From Candidatus Wolframiiraptor gerlachensis (lineage in GTDB: Archaea; Thermoproteota; Nitrososphaeria_A; Caldarchaeales; Wolframiiraptoraceae), in contig JAJPCT020000022.1 in the NCBI GenBank assembly GCA_021323375.2, positions 38,411-102,410 on the forward strand: DNA of 64,000 bases, written 5' to 3'. Under the pieces are notes generated by a model, which had not been told where the DNA came from, ran no database searches, and was given only the letters and a program-made list of their open reading frames with translations. Within the stretch, counting starts at the first letter, position 1, and each line of letters starts with the position of its first letter. Of the stretch, positions 18,427-29,207 are shown piece after piece. The translations under genes and the position numbers were made by a program.

Positions 18427-19398
18427 ATGTCGCCTCCAGCCCATGATCTAGTAAGGATCATGAGTAAGATCATGCTCAGTGATGATTTGAGGAGCTATCT
18501 TGATAGGCTTCCGGACGTGGAGCTGGATCTCCTGCTTGAGGCTTATGAGAGGCCCTTACCCGAGGCCTTTAGAGTTAATACCCTGAAGGCTTCTGAGGAG
18601 AAGATTCTGGAGAGGCTAAGGTCTAGGGGATATAGTATTGAGCCTATTCCATGGGCTCGACATGGCTATATGGCTTCGGGCGGCGAGGATCTTGGGAAGT
18701 CGCTGGAGCATATGCTCGGGCTGATCTATATTCAGGGGCCTGTCTCCATGGCGCCTGTTGAGGCCTTGGACCCGAGGCCGGGCGAGGTGATCCTCGACCT
18801 ATGCGCCGCTCCGGGAAGCAAGAGCACGCAGATCGCGCAGCTCCTCCGCGGCGAGGGGGTCCTAGTCGCGAATGATATCAGTTTCGACAGGGTTAAGGCG
18901 CTCTCATCAAACCTCCAGAGATTCGGCGTGCTAAACTGCGTTATCACGCTCGCCGATGGGAGGAAGTATCCACGATTTGCTAGAGAGTTCTTTGACAGGG
19001 TTCTTGTGGATGCTCCATGCAGCTCCCTCGGAATAATTAGCAAGAACTGGGGTATAGCGAGGGCGTGGTCCATTGGGATCGTCAAGAGGCTTAGCGAGCT
19101 CCAGAAAAGGCTGATCCTAGCCGCCTTCGACTGCCTCAAGCCCGGCGGCACCCTAGTATACTCCACGTGTACGCTGACAGTTGAGGAGAATGAGCTTGTG
19201 GTGAACTGGCTTCTCGAGAACCGGGAAGATGCAAAGGTAAGCGAGATAAGGCTCAAGGATCTTAGGCATAGGCCGGGGATAACCGAGTATGGCGGGGTAA
19301 GAATGAAGGATGAGATCTCGAAAACGATGCGGATAATGCCCTATGACAACTGGGCTGAAGGATTCTATATCGCGAGGATCACAAAGGAGGTGAGATGA
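18427..19398 (+). CDS. RsmB/NOL1/NOP2/Sun family RNA m5C methyltransferase
   Basis: LDLCAAPGSKS, VDAPCS and VYSTCT…EENE. Confidence 0.93.
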   Translation: MSPPAHDLVRIMSKIMLSDDLRSYLDRLPDVELDLLLEAYERPLPEAFRVNTLKASEEKILERLRSRGYSIEPIPWARHGYMASGGEDLGKSLEHMLGLIYIQGPVSMAPVEALDPRPGEVILDLCAAPGSKSTQIAQLLRGEGVLVANDISFDRVKALSSNLQRFGVLNCVITLADGRKYPRFAREFFDRVLVDAPCSSLGIISKNWGIARAWSIGIVKRLSELQKRLILAAFDCLKPGGTLVYSTCTLTVEENELVVNWLLENREDAKVSEIRLKDLRHRPGITEYGGVRMKDEISKTMRIMPYDNWAEGFYIARITKEVR

Positions 19399-19850
19399 TG
19401 AGGTTGCTAACCTCCGCAGAAAGGAGATACCTCGCTAAGAGGCTTGAGGACCAGCATGGCGTCGAGAATGCCTTCGATGATCTAGTCCTCATCCGGACTG
19501 GGCAGGGGAGGATAAGAGCCACGTCCAAGGAGGCTTATGATGTTGCCTGCAGGCTTAGGAGAGTTCAGCAAGTGGGGCTCTATGTCGCGAAGATGGTGAA
19601 GGGCGATGTAATTCTCTCGATAGAGGGTAGCCAGTTGCTCGGCGCCGCGATAACGAAGAATGTAATAGAGCTGAGCGAGGAGGAGGCTGAGGAGTGGATG
19701 AAGGCCGCGCCCATAGAGAGGTCTGAGAAGATTGAGGCGAGATATGTTGTTGCGAGATGCGGCGACTTCTACCTTGGATCGGGCAGAGTCTCTAGGGATG
19801 GGAGGATATATCCACAGGTGGCCAAATGGAGGCGAATCCCTGAGGAATAG
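19395..19850 (+). CDS. NIP7/PUA-like partner of the m5C methyltransferase
   Basis: GLYVA…LSIEGSQLLG…KNVIEL motif; translationally coupled to the upstream methyltransferase. Confidence 0.7.
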   Translation: MMRLLTSAERRYLAKRLEDQHGVENAFDDLVLIRTGQGRIRATSKEAYDVACRLRRVQQVGLYVAKMVKGDVILSIEGSQLLGAAITKNVIELSEEEAEEWMKAAPIERSEKIEARYVVARCGDFYLGSGRVSRDGRIYPQVAKWRRIPEE

Positions 19851-19855
19851 AATCA

Positions 19856-22081
19856 TTACTTGGATTTTATGGTTATCTTGTATGGCACGTATCTATCGGC
19901 GTAGTAGATCGCATATCCAGCCCCCAGCCCCGCCTCCTCATATCTATTAACCTCGAGGCTGAGCTCTATCGCTGGGTTAAACCATCCATCAACAAAGCTG
20001 AATGTGCATACCATGTAGAGCACCCTATCACGGCGATCCTCCGGAATCCCTTCAAGAATTCTGGAGAGGTCCTCCTCAACTATGAGGAGCGACATGTTGA
20101 CCCTCGTCATGTAGTAGAGCTTGCTTATGAGCGGCGTGGTCTTAAGGACCATGTAGTCCGAGAGCTTGAGAAGCCTACCAACCTCCTCTTCGCTCAGGAC
20201 ATCCGGTCCCTCGATGAAGATGGGTATCCAGGTTCGCGCCCTCAATCTCTCGAGAAGCGGCATGATGTGCTGCAGCCTATCATCTGATGATATTCTCCAG
20301 CTATCCCAAGCCATGAGATATACACCATCAAACCCGAAGTCCCTGACCACCTTCTCCAGCTTGCTTGAGAAGAACTCCGCATAGCTGACGCCGTTCAAGC
20401 TATTGTTAAAGAGTAGGAGGTTCTCGGCCCCAAGCAAGTTCGGATGCCTGCTGATCCACTTTATGTCGAATCCCTGGACCCCGTACCTGTATATCGGCCC
20501 CTCAGCCTTGAGATAGACTCCGAGGAGCACCTTAACACCGCGCGATTTCAAGCTTCTCACGAGCCATAGTAGGTCTGACTGGCTCCACCTATCAGCCTCG
20601 ATCCTGAACCTAAAGTACTTGGTCACGTCTTGGGAGGGATCAAATCCATTATAGGTGTTGATGAAGTCCGGGGACATTATAAGGACAACATGCGTGACGT
20701 TATAGTGCCTTAGGAACTGGCTCACGCTTTCATCGGATCCCGGCGTGAAGGCGGAGTCGGGGCTCTCCGGGACCCCTATCCTGATTGGATCATTTGGGAG
20801 CGCCACTGCGAGGGGTGGCGGCATTACTGAGGCGAGGCCGAGCGCAATCACAACACCATATACGAGTACATTCCACTTGCTGAGATACGCTGTATCATAT
20901 TTCTGGAGACTGAAATAATCCATCATTAATGCTAGGAGCCTCGTCCCGCCGAATATACCAGCTACAATCTGCAGGATATATGGCAGTCCAATTTCATAGC
21001 TCTCTGGAACATATATCCTCCCAATACATGCTGGGCTGAATCCATTCATGGTGATCCAAGCGCCCGCGAGCCATGCCACGGCCGAGAGCATCAACATGAT
21101 GAGGTTTCTCTTAACATTCCTCGAGACCCATAGATCCCTAGAGATTAGTATCATCGGGATTAGGAAGTTTATGTGCTGAATGTTTACCTTCGGCGATACT
21201 GCTAGGAATGATGTGAGAGTGAGCGTTAGCGCCCACACTAGGCTATGGTCGTCGGGCCTTATCCTCCTCGCAATCATCACGAGTATTATGCTGAATGCCG
21301 CGATCGGTATGAACCAGAAGCTTGAGAGATTGAAGAAGGTTGAGAGGGCCATCCAGTAGGTGAATCCGCCGACGCTCTTGGCGTGGAAGAATATTGCCTC
21401 GAAATATTCCATCGGCGTTGTTAGGAAGGGTGTGGAGACCGCTAGAAATGTTATGGATGTTGGGAGGATCAGCTTTAGGACGGCTTCTCTGAGGCCGCAT
21501 TCCCCCCGCCTGATAAGGTGTATCATAGCCGGGATTACTATGAGGGCTGGGATTAGCTTGATAGACGCCCCGATCCCCGCCATGACCCCGGCCGAGATGA
21601 GCCTCCGCCTGAGGAGCATGTAGATCGCGAGGAGCTGGAAGAGGACCGCTATCGAGTCAAACATCCCCCAAAACGATGAGATGAAATACGTGATTGGGTT
21701 GAAGAGCCATATTGCCGAGGCTACTAGCGATTTGTCCTCATCGAATTTGAGCATCCTCATGATCTGGTATATCATGATAGCTGATGCTATGTCAGCGAGG
21801 ATTATCGGGAGCTTTATCATGAATATTCTGAATAATGTTCCCCCGCCAAGCAGGGCGACGACTATCAGCCAGTAGAGCCATCCAGGCGGATATGCGTAGA
21901 AGCCCCAGGGATACTCGACGTAATCCCCGAACTTGTAGATGTTTAGGTCCTGTAGGCCGAGCTCGCCGGACTTGAACCAGATATACATATCCCATGGATG
22001 GGCGTAGAATGGCGCTGGAATCAGCCGAGCCAAGACGCCGATCAGCAATATTATTAGTAACTTCCGCCGCGCCGGCGTCAT
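19856..22081 (-). CDS. GT-C-fold membrane glycosyltransferase (GT87/PIG-M-like) fused to a C-terminal soluble GH-like domain
   Basis: HPWD, FYAYPP, KLPIILAD, WLFNP…WGMFDSI and IKLIPAL; many TMs, then GVKVLLG…FGFDGVYL segment. Confidence 0.75.
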   Translation of the reverse strand: MTPARRKLLIILLIGVLARLIPAPFYAHPWDMYIWFKSGELGLQDLNIYKFGDYVEYPWGFYAYPPGWLYWLIVVALLGGGTLFRIFMIKLPIILADIASAIMIYQIMRMLKFDEDKSLVASAIWLFNPITYFISSFWGMFDSIAVLFQLLAIYMLLRRRLISAGVMAGIGASIKLIPALIVIPAMIHLIRRGECGLREAVLKLILPTSITFLAVSTPFLTTPMEYFEAIFFHAKSVGGFTYWMALSTFFNLSSFWFIPIAAFSIILVMIARRIRPDDHSLVWALTLTLTSFLAVSPKVNIQHINFLIPMILISRDLWVSRNVKRNLIMLMLSAVAWLAGAWITMNGFSPACIGRIYVPESYEIGLPYILQIVAGIFGGTRLLALMMDYFSLQKYDTAYLSKWNVLVYGVVIALGLASVMPPPLAVALPNDPIRIGVPESPDSAFTPGSDESVSQFLRHYNVTHVVLIMSPDFINTYNGFDPSQDVTKYFRFRIEADRWSQSDLLWLVRSLKSRGVKVLLGVYLKAEGPIYRYGVQGFDIKWISRHPNLLGAENLLLFNNSLNGVSYAEFFSSKLEKVVRDFGFDGVYLMAWDSWRISSDDRLQHIMPLLERLRARTWIPIFIEGPDVLSEEEVGRLLKLSDYMVLKTTPLISKLYYMTRVNMSLLIVEEDLSRILEGIPEDRRDRVLYMVCTFSFVDGWFNPAIELSLEVNRYEEAGLGAGYAIYYADRYVPYKITIKSK

Positions 22082-22140
22082 CTTGCAGATATTTCGCGAG
22101 AGTATTTTATATCGGTTACCGCATGACTCCTCAGCATCCG

Positions 22141-23022
22141 ATGAGCAGAGATTGGATTAGGTTCTTATTTTATAAGGGGCCATCCTTTGTCGGAACTGAT
22201 GCGAGCTTCGAGGATGCCGATTATGCGGTCTTCGGCGTGCCCTTTGATGCTACCGCGAGCTTTAGACCCGGGTCGAGATTCGCTCCCCTCAGCCTGAGGA
22301 TCATGTCTGAATATCTTGAGCTCCCGGCCGAGAAATCGATAAGAATATGCGACTTAGGCGATCTGCATCCAACGGTTAGCGTTGATGTGATGCTACGGAG
22401 GGTTGGTGAGGCTGTTGAGAGGATTGTAGAGGCTGGCAAGATCCCCGTTATCCTCGGAGGAGAGCATACGCTCACTCTTGGATCCATCCCGAGGCTGGGA
22501 GGCATCGGCGGATTAGTGATCTTCGATGCTCACCTAGATATGAGGGACGAGTTCATGGATACTAGGATAAATCATACCACTTGGCTTAGAAGGCTTCTAG
22601 AGGAGAAGAGGATGGAGCATGTCATAGTTGTTGGGGCTAGAGCCTATACGGAGGAGGAATTCGCCGTGGCCGATGATATGGGTGTCCAGCTCGTCACGAG
22701 CTCCGAGATATTCCTAGACTTCAGGGGTGCCGTGAAGAAGCTTGACGCGCTCACATCCGGGCTGAAGAACATCTATCTAAGCATAGATGTTGATGTTCTT
22801 GATCCGGGCTATGCGCCAGGCGTTAGTAATCCGGAGCCTGGTGGGATTGCGCCAATCCACCTCTATGAGCTCATTAAGATTGTCGCGGCGAGGGGGCTTA
22901 TGGCGATGGATATCGTCGAGGTGAATCCGCTCTTCGATAATTGGTCGGCGGCAGCCTGCGCCATCTACGCCGCATATTATGCCATGTTATCATCTACCAC
23001 CTCCTCCTCAGCTTCGCGATGA
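22141..23022 (+). CDS. speB: Agmatinase
   Basis: GVPFDATASFRPGSRFAP, GGEHT, DAHLD, SIDVDVLDP and VEVNP; start placed at ATG 22141. Confidence 0.9.
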   Translation: MSRDWIRFLFYKGPSFVGTDASFEDADYAVFGVPFDATASFRPGSRFAPLSLRIMSEYLELPAEKSIRICDLGDLHPTVSVDVMLRRVGEAVERIVEAGKIPVILGGEHTLTLGSIPRLGGIGGLVIFDAHLDMRDEFMDTRINHTTWLRRLLEEKRMEHVIVVGARAYTEEEFAVADDMGVQLVTSSEIFLDFRGAVKKLDALTSGLKNIYLSIDVDVLDPGYAPGVSNPEPGGIAPIHLYELIKIVAARGLMAMDIVEVNPLFDNWSAAACAIYAAYYAMLSSTTSSSASR

Positions 23023-24304
23023 AGAAGCCGTTACAGTAGTCCCTGTGTGGATAGAGGCGGCGGGTCTCTGCCAAGCCCCTCAGCCCATCCATGCCCAGCC
23101 TCGGCTCAAGATCCACGAGCTCAAACTCTGGATGAATCTTGAGGAAATCCTCGATAAGCAGCTCATTCTCCTCGAGCGATATGCTGCATGTCGAGTAGAT
23201 TATGTGGCCTCCCCTCTTAACATGGGGCGCGGAGTTCCTGAGCATCTTAGCCTGGAGCCTCGCAAACATTTTCACGTGCCTAGGCTTCACGATCTGCCTG
23301 TATATTGGCTCCCTCCAGAAGAGCCCCGTGGAGCTGCATGGCGGATCAAGGAGCAACGCGTCCGCCTCCAGCCTCAGAGGCAGCGGCTTTGTCGCGTCAG
23401 CGGCCAAGTCCTCCACAATCCGCAGCCCAGCCCCTCTAACCCGCCTCAAATGAGTCCTGAGCCTGCTTATCGAGGAGTCAATCGAGATTATCAGACCCCT
23501 ATTCCTCATCCGGATGCCCGCGAGGATAGTTTTCGAGCCCGGCGCCGCGCATATATCAAGGATCCTTTGGCCCGGCCTCGGATCAAGCGCGTAAACCGCA
23601 TAATAACTTGAGAGATCTTGGATTAGGAGTAGCATCCTCCTCGTTAGCGATATCAGGCTCCGGGTATCATCCACGCGCTCAAGTATGTAAAGGCCTGGAA
23701 GCCTCCGATCAGGAAGCAGGTGGACTCCATTCTTCTCAGCCTCTTCAAGTATATCCTCCTGAGAGGCGAGGAGCGTGTTCAGCGCAACATATGTTCTCGG
23801 CCGATTCTCATCTTGGAATCTCAGTAGCATGCTGGCCTCAGATCTCCCGAGCACCCTTGTTACGAGCTTGATGAACCATGGCTGATAACTTGGATATATC
23901 TGGAGATTGAGCCCAGCTTTATGGGCTGATCTTATTAGCCCTATCCAGGGCTCGGCCCCCCTTGGCCAAAGCCTACCCATCACCCTTCTAAGAGCCTTTA
24001 CAAGCTCCTCGGGGTCTCCCAAGTCCAAACCCGCCCAGATGGAGCATAAGAGCAAGCCTAGCAGTATCATCGAGTCCTGATCCAGCTCTTCCCTAGAAAG
24101 CCTTCTCAGGAGACTGAGAGCTTGATAGCTTCCAAGGGCATATATGTGGAGCATCTTGCGGGCGAGCCTCAGAACCCGGGTAGCAGGTTTATATGCTTGG
24201 ATGGACGCGTAGAGGGCTGATTTAAGGGAGATCTCCTGTTCTAGATGTTTTTTAATCGCCACGAATGCTAGAGAAACTGCTTCGGCCACCTCCTCGACAT
24301 TCAT
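22994..24304 (-). CDS. RsmB/NOP family RNA m5C methyltransferase
   Basis: IQDLSS, LDICAAPGSKT, LDPPCSSTG and YSTCS…EENE. Confidence 0.92.
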   Translation of the reverse strand: MNVEEVAEAVSLAFVAIKKHLEQEISLKSALYASIQAYKPATRVLRLARKMLHIYALGSYQALSLLRRLSREELDQDSMILLGLLLCSIWAGLDLGDPEELVKALRRVMGRLWPRGAEPWIGLIRSAHKAGLNLQIYPSYQPWFIKLVTRVLGRSEASMLLRFQDENRPRTYVALNTLLASQEDILEEAEKNGVHLLPDRRLPGLYILERVDDTRSLISLTRRMLLLIQDLSSYYAVYALDPRPGQRILDICAAPGSKTILAGIRMRNRGLIISIDSSISRLRTHLRRVRGAGLRIVEDLAADATKPLPLRLEADALLLDPPCSSTGLFWREPIYRQIVKPRHVKMFARLQAKMLRNSAPHVKRGGHIIYSTCSISLEENELLIEDFLKIHPEFELVDLEPRLGMDGLRGLAETRRLYPHRDYCNGFFIAKLRRRW

Positions 24305-24387
24305 TCTTCATCCTATCCTCTTATGGGCTCTAAGACATCTTAGGCGCTAAAACCCTATATTAGCCTAATTCGGGTAAATGATTTAGA

Positions 24388-26883
24388 ATGGGTCAGACAC
24401 GCCTCGACGATCACATTCATCGCGATATCTACTTCTTGATCGGCTGCAGCTATGATGGTAAGACTGGGAAAGCCTATCTCAAGCTCTTAAACCCCGAGAC
24501 CCAGGAGGTCAAGCTGGTATATGATGAGAGCGATCATAAGCCATACTGCTATGTCAAGGAGCCCATTGAGGAGGTTAGGAGGCTGGGGTTGCCCGGCGTC
24601 GTGGACCTTACCCGTGAGAAAAAATATGATCTGCTCAGGGATCAGGAGGTTGAGCTGACGAAGATAATCGCAAGTGATCCTCTCGCGATAGGTGGAGGTA
24701 GTAACTCGATAAGGGAAAAGATAAGGGCGTGGGAGGCCGATATACCGTATCACCTCTGCTACCTCTATGACGCGGGACTTACGCCATGCATGCCATACAC
24801 TCTAGCGGATAATAGGCTACGCGAGTTCCTGCCAAGTGATGAGAAGATTAGGGATATTGTGGAGAGGGTCTTCGGCGACCTCCCAGACGATGAGAAGAAG
24901 CTACTAGCAGAGTGGATAAGCCTCTTCGAGGCAGATCAGCCGACATTCAAGCATCTCTCAATGGATATAGAGGTCTTATCACCGGTCGCGACTAGGGTTC
25001 CATCCCCGAGCAAGGCTCGAGATAAGATTGGGACGATATCATTCGTTGGAAGCGATGGTAGGAGGGAGGTTTACCTGTTAAGGACACCAAAGCTTGGAGA
25101 GGTCTCAAACACTGATCTCTACGAGGTTAAAGTATACGATGATGAGGCTGAAATGCTCAGGGACGCCTTTGAGGTCATCAAACAATACCCGGTGCTAGCG
25201 ACATTTAATGGCGATGACTTCGACCTACCATATCTCAGGCATAGAGCTGAGGTTCTCAAGATACCGAAGGAGCAGATCCCGATAACGTTGGGAAAGGAGG
25301 GTGCCTCACTGAGACATGGTGTGCACATAGATCTCTATAAATTCTTCATGAATCGAAGCATACAGGTCTATGCCTTCGATAACAAGTATAGGGAGCATAC
25401 GCTCGAGGCCGTGGCCCAAGCTATACTCGGCAAGGGGAAGATCGCGATAGAGAAGCCCATAGGAGAGCTATCTGGGGAGGAGCTTGCGAGATACTGCTTC
25501 CAAGATGCTCTCCTAGTCCATGAACTCCTTACTATGGATAATGAGCTCGTGCTCAAGCTCCTAGTAGTCCTCTCGAGGATAAGCAGGATGCCGATAGAGG
25601 ATGTCTGCAGGCACGGCGTATCGGGGTGGATTAAGAGCCTCCTCTACTTCGAGCATAGGAGGAGGGGATACCTGATACCGAGACATGATGAGCTCATCGA
25701 GGAGAAGGGAGTAATCTCGACGAGAGCCATAATTGAGGGGAAGAAGTATAGGGGGGCGATAGTCGTCGAGCCCGTCCCCGGAGTACACTTCAACGTAACA
25801 GTTCTGGACTTCTCATCCCTCTATCCATCGGTCTTGAAGGAGTGGAATCTCAGCTATGAAACCACCAGATGCCCACATCCCGAATGCAGAGATAATATCG
25901 TCCCGGAGACAAGCCACTGGATATGCAGGAAGAGGAGGGGGATCCAGAGCGAGGTGATAGGATGCCTTAGGGATATTAGGGTTAGATGGTATAAGCCAAA
26001 GAGCTCGGATAAGAGCCTGCCAGAGAACCAGCGGAGATGGTATGGCGTTGTCCAGAGAGCTCTCAAGGTCTTCCTAAACGCGGCTTATGGCGTCTTCGGC
26101 TTCGAGGATTTCCCACTATACTGTCCCCCAGTGGCTGAGAGCACGGCTGCGATAGCGAGATACGCCTTCAAGAGGACTGTTGAGAAAGCGATAGAGCTAG
26201 GGATCCAGGTGCTATACGGGGACACGGACAGCCTCTTCATCAAGACAAGCGATGAGGCGCTGATAAACGAGCTGGTATCATGGGTCAAGAAGGAGCTAAA
26301 GCTAGACCTAGAGCTCGATAAGAGATACAGGTATGTTGTCTTCTCACAGAGGAAGAAGAACTATCTCGGCGTCACAGATAAGGGCGTTGTCGATGTCAAA
26401 GGCCTCACCGGAAAGAAGTCACATATCCCCAAGTTCATAAAAGACGCGTTCGAGGAGATGCTGAAGATACTTCAGGAGGTTGAGAATGAGGAGGACTTCG
26501 AGCGCGCTAAGAAGAGGATCGAGGAGCTCGTGAGAGCTAAGTATCAGGCCTTGAAGAGGGGCGAATACAACTTGGAGGACCTATCATTCCAAGTCATGTT
26601 ATCTAAGAGTGTGGAGAGGTATGTGAAGACTACGCCGCCTCATGTAAAGGCCGCTAGAAAGCTCATAAGCCGCGGAATATCAGTCGTCCCAGGAGACATA
26701 ATATCATATGTCAAGACGAAGGATAGCGATGGCGTAGAACCCCTAGAATTCGCCAGGAAAGATCAAGTAGATGTCGACAAATACATCGAATACCTACTAT
26801 CAACATTCGAGCAAGTCCTTGACGCGCTCGGAATAGATGTAAACAAGATAACCGGCGTGACAAGCCTCGAGTACTTCATCTAG
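24388..26883 (+). CDS. polB1: Family B DNA polymerase (PolB1 type)
   Basis: DIEV, FNGDDFD, DFSSLYPS, KVFLNAAYG, YGDTDS and KKNY; CPHPEC insert. Confidence 0.96.
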   Translation: MGQTRLDDHIHRDIYFLIGCSYDGKTGKAYLKLLNPETQEVKLVYDESDHKPYCYVKEPIEEVRRLGLPGVVDLTREKKYDLLRDQEVELTKIIASDPLAIGGGSNSIREKIRAWEADIPYHLCYLYDAGLTPCMPYTLADNRLREFLPSDEKIRDIVERVFGDLPDDEKKLLAEWISLFEADQPTFKHLSMDIEVLSPVATRVPSPSKARDKIGTISFVGSDGRREVYLLRTPKLGEVSNTDLYEVKVYDDEAEMLRDAFEVIKQYPVLATFNGDDFDLPYLRHRAEVLKIPKEQIPITLGKEGASLRHGVHIDLYKFFMNRSIQVYAFDNKYREHTLEAVAQAILGKGKIAIEKPIGELSGEELARYCFQDALLVHELLTMDNELVLKLLVVLSRISRMPIEDVCRHGVSGWIKSLLYFEHRRRGYLIPRHDELIEEKGVISTRAIIEGKKYRGAIVVEPVPGVHFNVTVLDFSSLYPSVLKEWNLSYETTRCPHPECRDNIVPETSHWICRKRRGIQSEVIGCLRDIRVRWYKPKSSDKSLPENQRRWYGVVQRALKVFLNAAYGVFGFEDFPLYCPPVAESTAAIARYAFKRTVEKAIELGIQVLYGDTDSLFIKTSDEALINELVSWVKKELKLDLELDKRYRYVVFSQRKKNYLGVTDKGVVDVKGLTGKKSHIPKFIKDAFEEMLKILQEVENEEDFERAKKRIEELVRAKYQALKRGEYNLEDLSFQVMLSKSVERYVKTTPPHVKAARKLISRGISVVPGDIISYVKTKDSDGVEPLEFARKDQVDVDKYIEYLLSTFEQVLDALGIDVNKITGVTSLEYFI

Positions 26884-26998
26884 CAGGTATAACGCTTAAG
26901 AGAGGAGACGACAATCTCCCCGCAAAGTCTTAGTGAATTATTGTTAAAAGATTTTGTCCCATGATATTTATCTCGCTTCTCCTTGAGGATTTTGATGG

Positions 26999-27643
26999 AT
27001 GCTACGGGTGGAGTGTATTCCTGTTGGCAGGCTGCTGTCAAATTCGTATCTGCTTTGTGATGCGGGAAGCGGGGAGGGGATAATAATTGACGCGGGAGAT
27101 GATGCTGAGAGGATTATCAGGATTGTTGAGATGAATGATGTTGAGGTTAAGGGGATCTATCTAACCCATGGCCACTTTGACCACGTGCTAGCTGTTAGGG
27201 AGTTGAGAGAGAGGCTTGGATGCGGCTTCTACATCCATGAGAAGGATGCAATGATCCTCTCGCGGGTTCCTCTTGACGCGAAATACTTCCTAGATCTTGA
27301 TGTTGATCCGCCGCCCGAACCTGATGGGTGGGTGTTCGACGGCCAGATCATACGCGTCGGAAGCCATAAGGTTAGAGTTATCCACACGCCGGGCCATACT
27401 TCGGGAAGCGTCTGCTATCTGGCTGGAGAAGCCATCTTCACCGGAGATACACTCTTCGCGGGATCTATAGGGAGGACGGATCTGCCCGGCGGAAGCCTCC
27501 AAGATCTACTAAACTCAATAAGCACCAAGATCCTAAGCCTACCCGACCATTACGCCGTTTATCCCGGCCATGGACCATCATCAACAATAGGTGCCGAGAG
27601 GAGGCTGAATCCATTCTTAAGATGGATAGGGGATTGGCGGTAG
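26999..27643 (+). CDS. MBL-fold metallo-hydrolase (glyoxalase II-like)
   Basis: THGHFDH, HTPGHT, FTGDTLF and PGHG. Confidence 0.92.
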   Translation: MLRVECIPVGRLLSNSYLLCDAGSGEGIIIDAGDDAERIIRIVEMNDVEVKGIYLTHGHFDHVLAVRELRERLGCGFYIHEKDAMILSRVPLDAKYFLDLDVDPPPEPDGWVFDGQIIRVGSHKVRVIHTPGHTSGSVCYLAGEAIFTGDTLFAGSIGRTDLPGGSLQDLLNSISTKILSLPDHYAVYPGHGPSSTIGAERRLNPFLRWIGDWR

Positions 27644-27656
27644 ATCTTGCGAGATT

Positions 27657-28715
27657 CTAGCTCCTGATCTCACATATCGGGTTCTCAGATTCCACGAAGA
27701 GATCTAGGGCCAGCTGCGCCATCCTCTGGACTATTGACTGTATTACGATGAACACGGTCTCGGCTTGGGCGATTAATGCTATCAGCTCCCTATCCTTCAA
27801 GGGGGCCTCCTCCATCTCCTCTCTTAGGATCCCTGCTAGATGCTCCTTGGGGAGGCTTAGGATTGAGTGTGTCTGCTCCAGATCCAGTGAGAGATAGGCG
27901 TTGATTGCCCCATCAACGAGCCGCGAGGACTCATCAAGCGCCCTTCTCAAGCCATTATACACTGTGGAATTTGACCACATCTTCTTGCCCACCTGCGATA
28001 TCCACTTAGCGAACTCTAGGAGAACCTCAGCCAAGGAGTCCATCAAATTCTCTAGTAGTATCAGGGAGTATATGTGCGGCGGGTTTCGGAGCTTTAGAAA
28101 CCTCCCAAGCTCCCTCCTCCTGAAGTAGGTTACCATGAGCCTAGTATGTAATTGGAGGAGCTCGCTGACACGCCGCCTCAAAGTCTCGAGATATGGTATT
28201 AGGTCATATCTCCCTGTCTCGAGGAAGCTTGAAAGAGTGTTGAGCATCTCCGAGACTAGGATATAGCTCCGTTTAATGAGGTCGTCTGCCGGGAAGCGGG
28301 AGTAATCGAGGACATTCCGGAGAATGAGCTCGGAGTTTTGGCCCTGCTCAAGCTCAAAGCCCGGAAGACCCTCGATCAAGCCCTCCAAGCCCCTAGACAG
28401 CTCATGAATCGGGCTCCTGGAACATGTTACCTGGATTATGTCATAGCCAACCCTATAGCCCGCTAAAACGATAGCCCCAAGCTGCTCGAGGTCTCTACAT
28501 AGATCGGCATTTAGCCTACAAAGACTCCTCCTCAGCCTAGCCTCAGGCGGGCTTAGCCTAAGACTGCCATCAACCCCCTCAATTATCTCCAAGACGTCGC
28601 CGGGCTTCAACCCCATTTTAATAACCCAATTCTTTGGGAGTGATATGGAGAAGCTGGCCCTACCGACCACTTGGAGCCTGCGGAAAACCCTTTCTTCAAG
28701 CTCTCGCCTCATCAT
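27657..28715 (-). CDS. AbrB-PhoU domain phosphate-uptake regulator family
   Basis: N-terminal RRLQVVGRASFSISLPKNWV…GLKPGD AbrB motif followed by helical repeats. Confidence 0.8.
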   Translation of the reverse strand: MMRRELEERVFRRLQVVGRASFSISLPKNWVIKMGLKPGDVLEIIEGVDGSLRLSPPEARLRRSLCRLNADLCRDLEQLGAIVLAGYRVGYDIIQVTCSRSPIHELSRGLEGLIEGLPGFELEQGQNSELILRNVLDYSRFPADDLIKRSYILVSEMLNTLSSFLETGRYDLIPYLETLRRRVSELLQLHTRLMVTYFRRRELGRFLKLRNPPHIYSLILLENLMDSLAEVLLEFAKWISQVGKKMWSNSTVYNGLRRALDESSRLVDGAINAYLSLDLEQTHSILSLPKEHLAGILREEMEEAPLKDRELIALIAQAETVFIVIQSIVQRMAQLALDLFVESENPICEIRS

Positions 28716-28795
28716 CTCTACTTACTTTATGTAGAAAATGATAGATAAGGTTTATTTAGAGGGAGAGATGAGCTCATGCGGGGTGAAGGGTCGGG

Positions 28796-29041
28796 ATGCT
28801 GTTCCTGGATAACAAGCCTCAGATGTCCCTGAGGAGAAGCTATGCTAATGGCTACAAGTACTGCTCTAGGTGCAGGATATACTATCTCACGGACAGTGTT
28901 AGATGCCCATACTGCGGGATCCTGTTGAGGAATTCGCCGAGGAAGAAGAAATCCCTGAAGAATGCGAAGGTCGTTAAGGTTGCAAATGATATTCTAAAGG
29001 AAGCTGAGAAGGTCGAGATAGAGGTAAAAACAAAGGCCTAA
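28796..29041 (+). CDS. Small Zn-finger protein
   Basis: YCSRC…RCPYCG…LRNSPRKK. Confidence 0.75.
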   Translation: MLFLDNKPQMSLRRSYANGYKYCSRCRIYYLTDSVRCPYCGILLRNSPRKKKSLKNAKVVKVANDILKEAEKVEIEVKTKA

Positions 29042-29207
29042 GACAGCATAAATCCAGCATCACAAAGACTATTCAACGATCGGGCACCTATATAGCCTAT
29101 GTCAAGTCTTTAAAGTTTAAGCCCACATCATACTTTTACACATACTTCTCAATAGCCCCCCTTCTTCATCATTTAATCTGCAATGATTAAGAACAGGTTT
29201 TTGATAG

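Noticed and set aside
21994-22140. N-terminal extension of the agmatinase ORF
   Set aside because: Overlaps the divergent gene start and promoter; family similarity begins near ATG 22141
22979-23611. 210-aa plus-strand ORF
   Set aside because: Antisense to the RsmB-family gene; shadow ORF, like most short nested ORFs in the track
29102-29172. Minus-strand ATGATGA…TTGA…ATGATGT…TTGA C/D-like pattern
   Set aside because: Both D boxes are non-consensus, spacing is too long, there is no terminal stem, and the context is AT-rich promoter sequence
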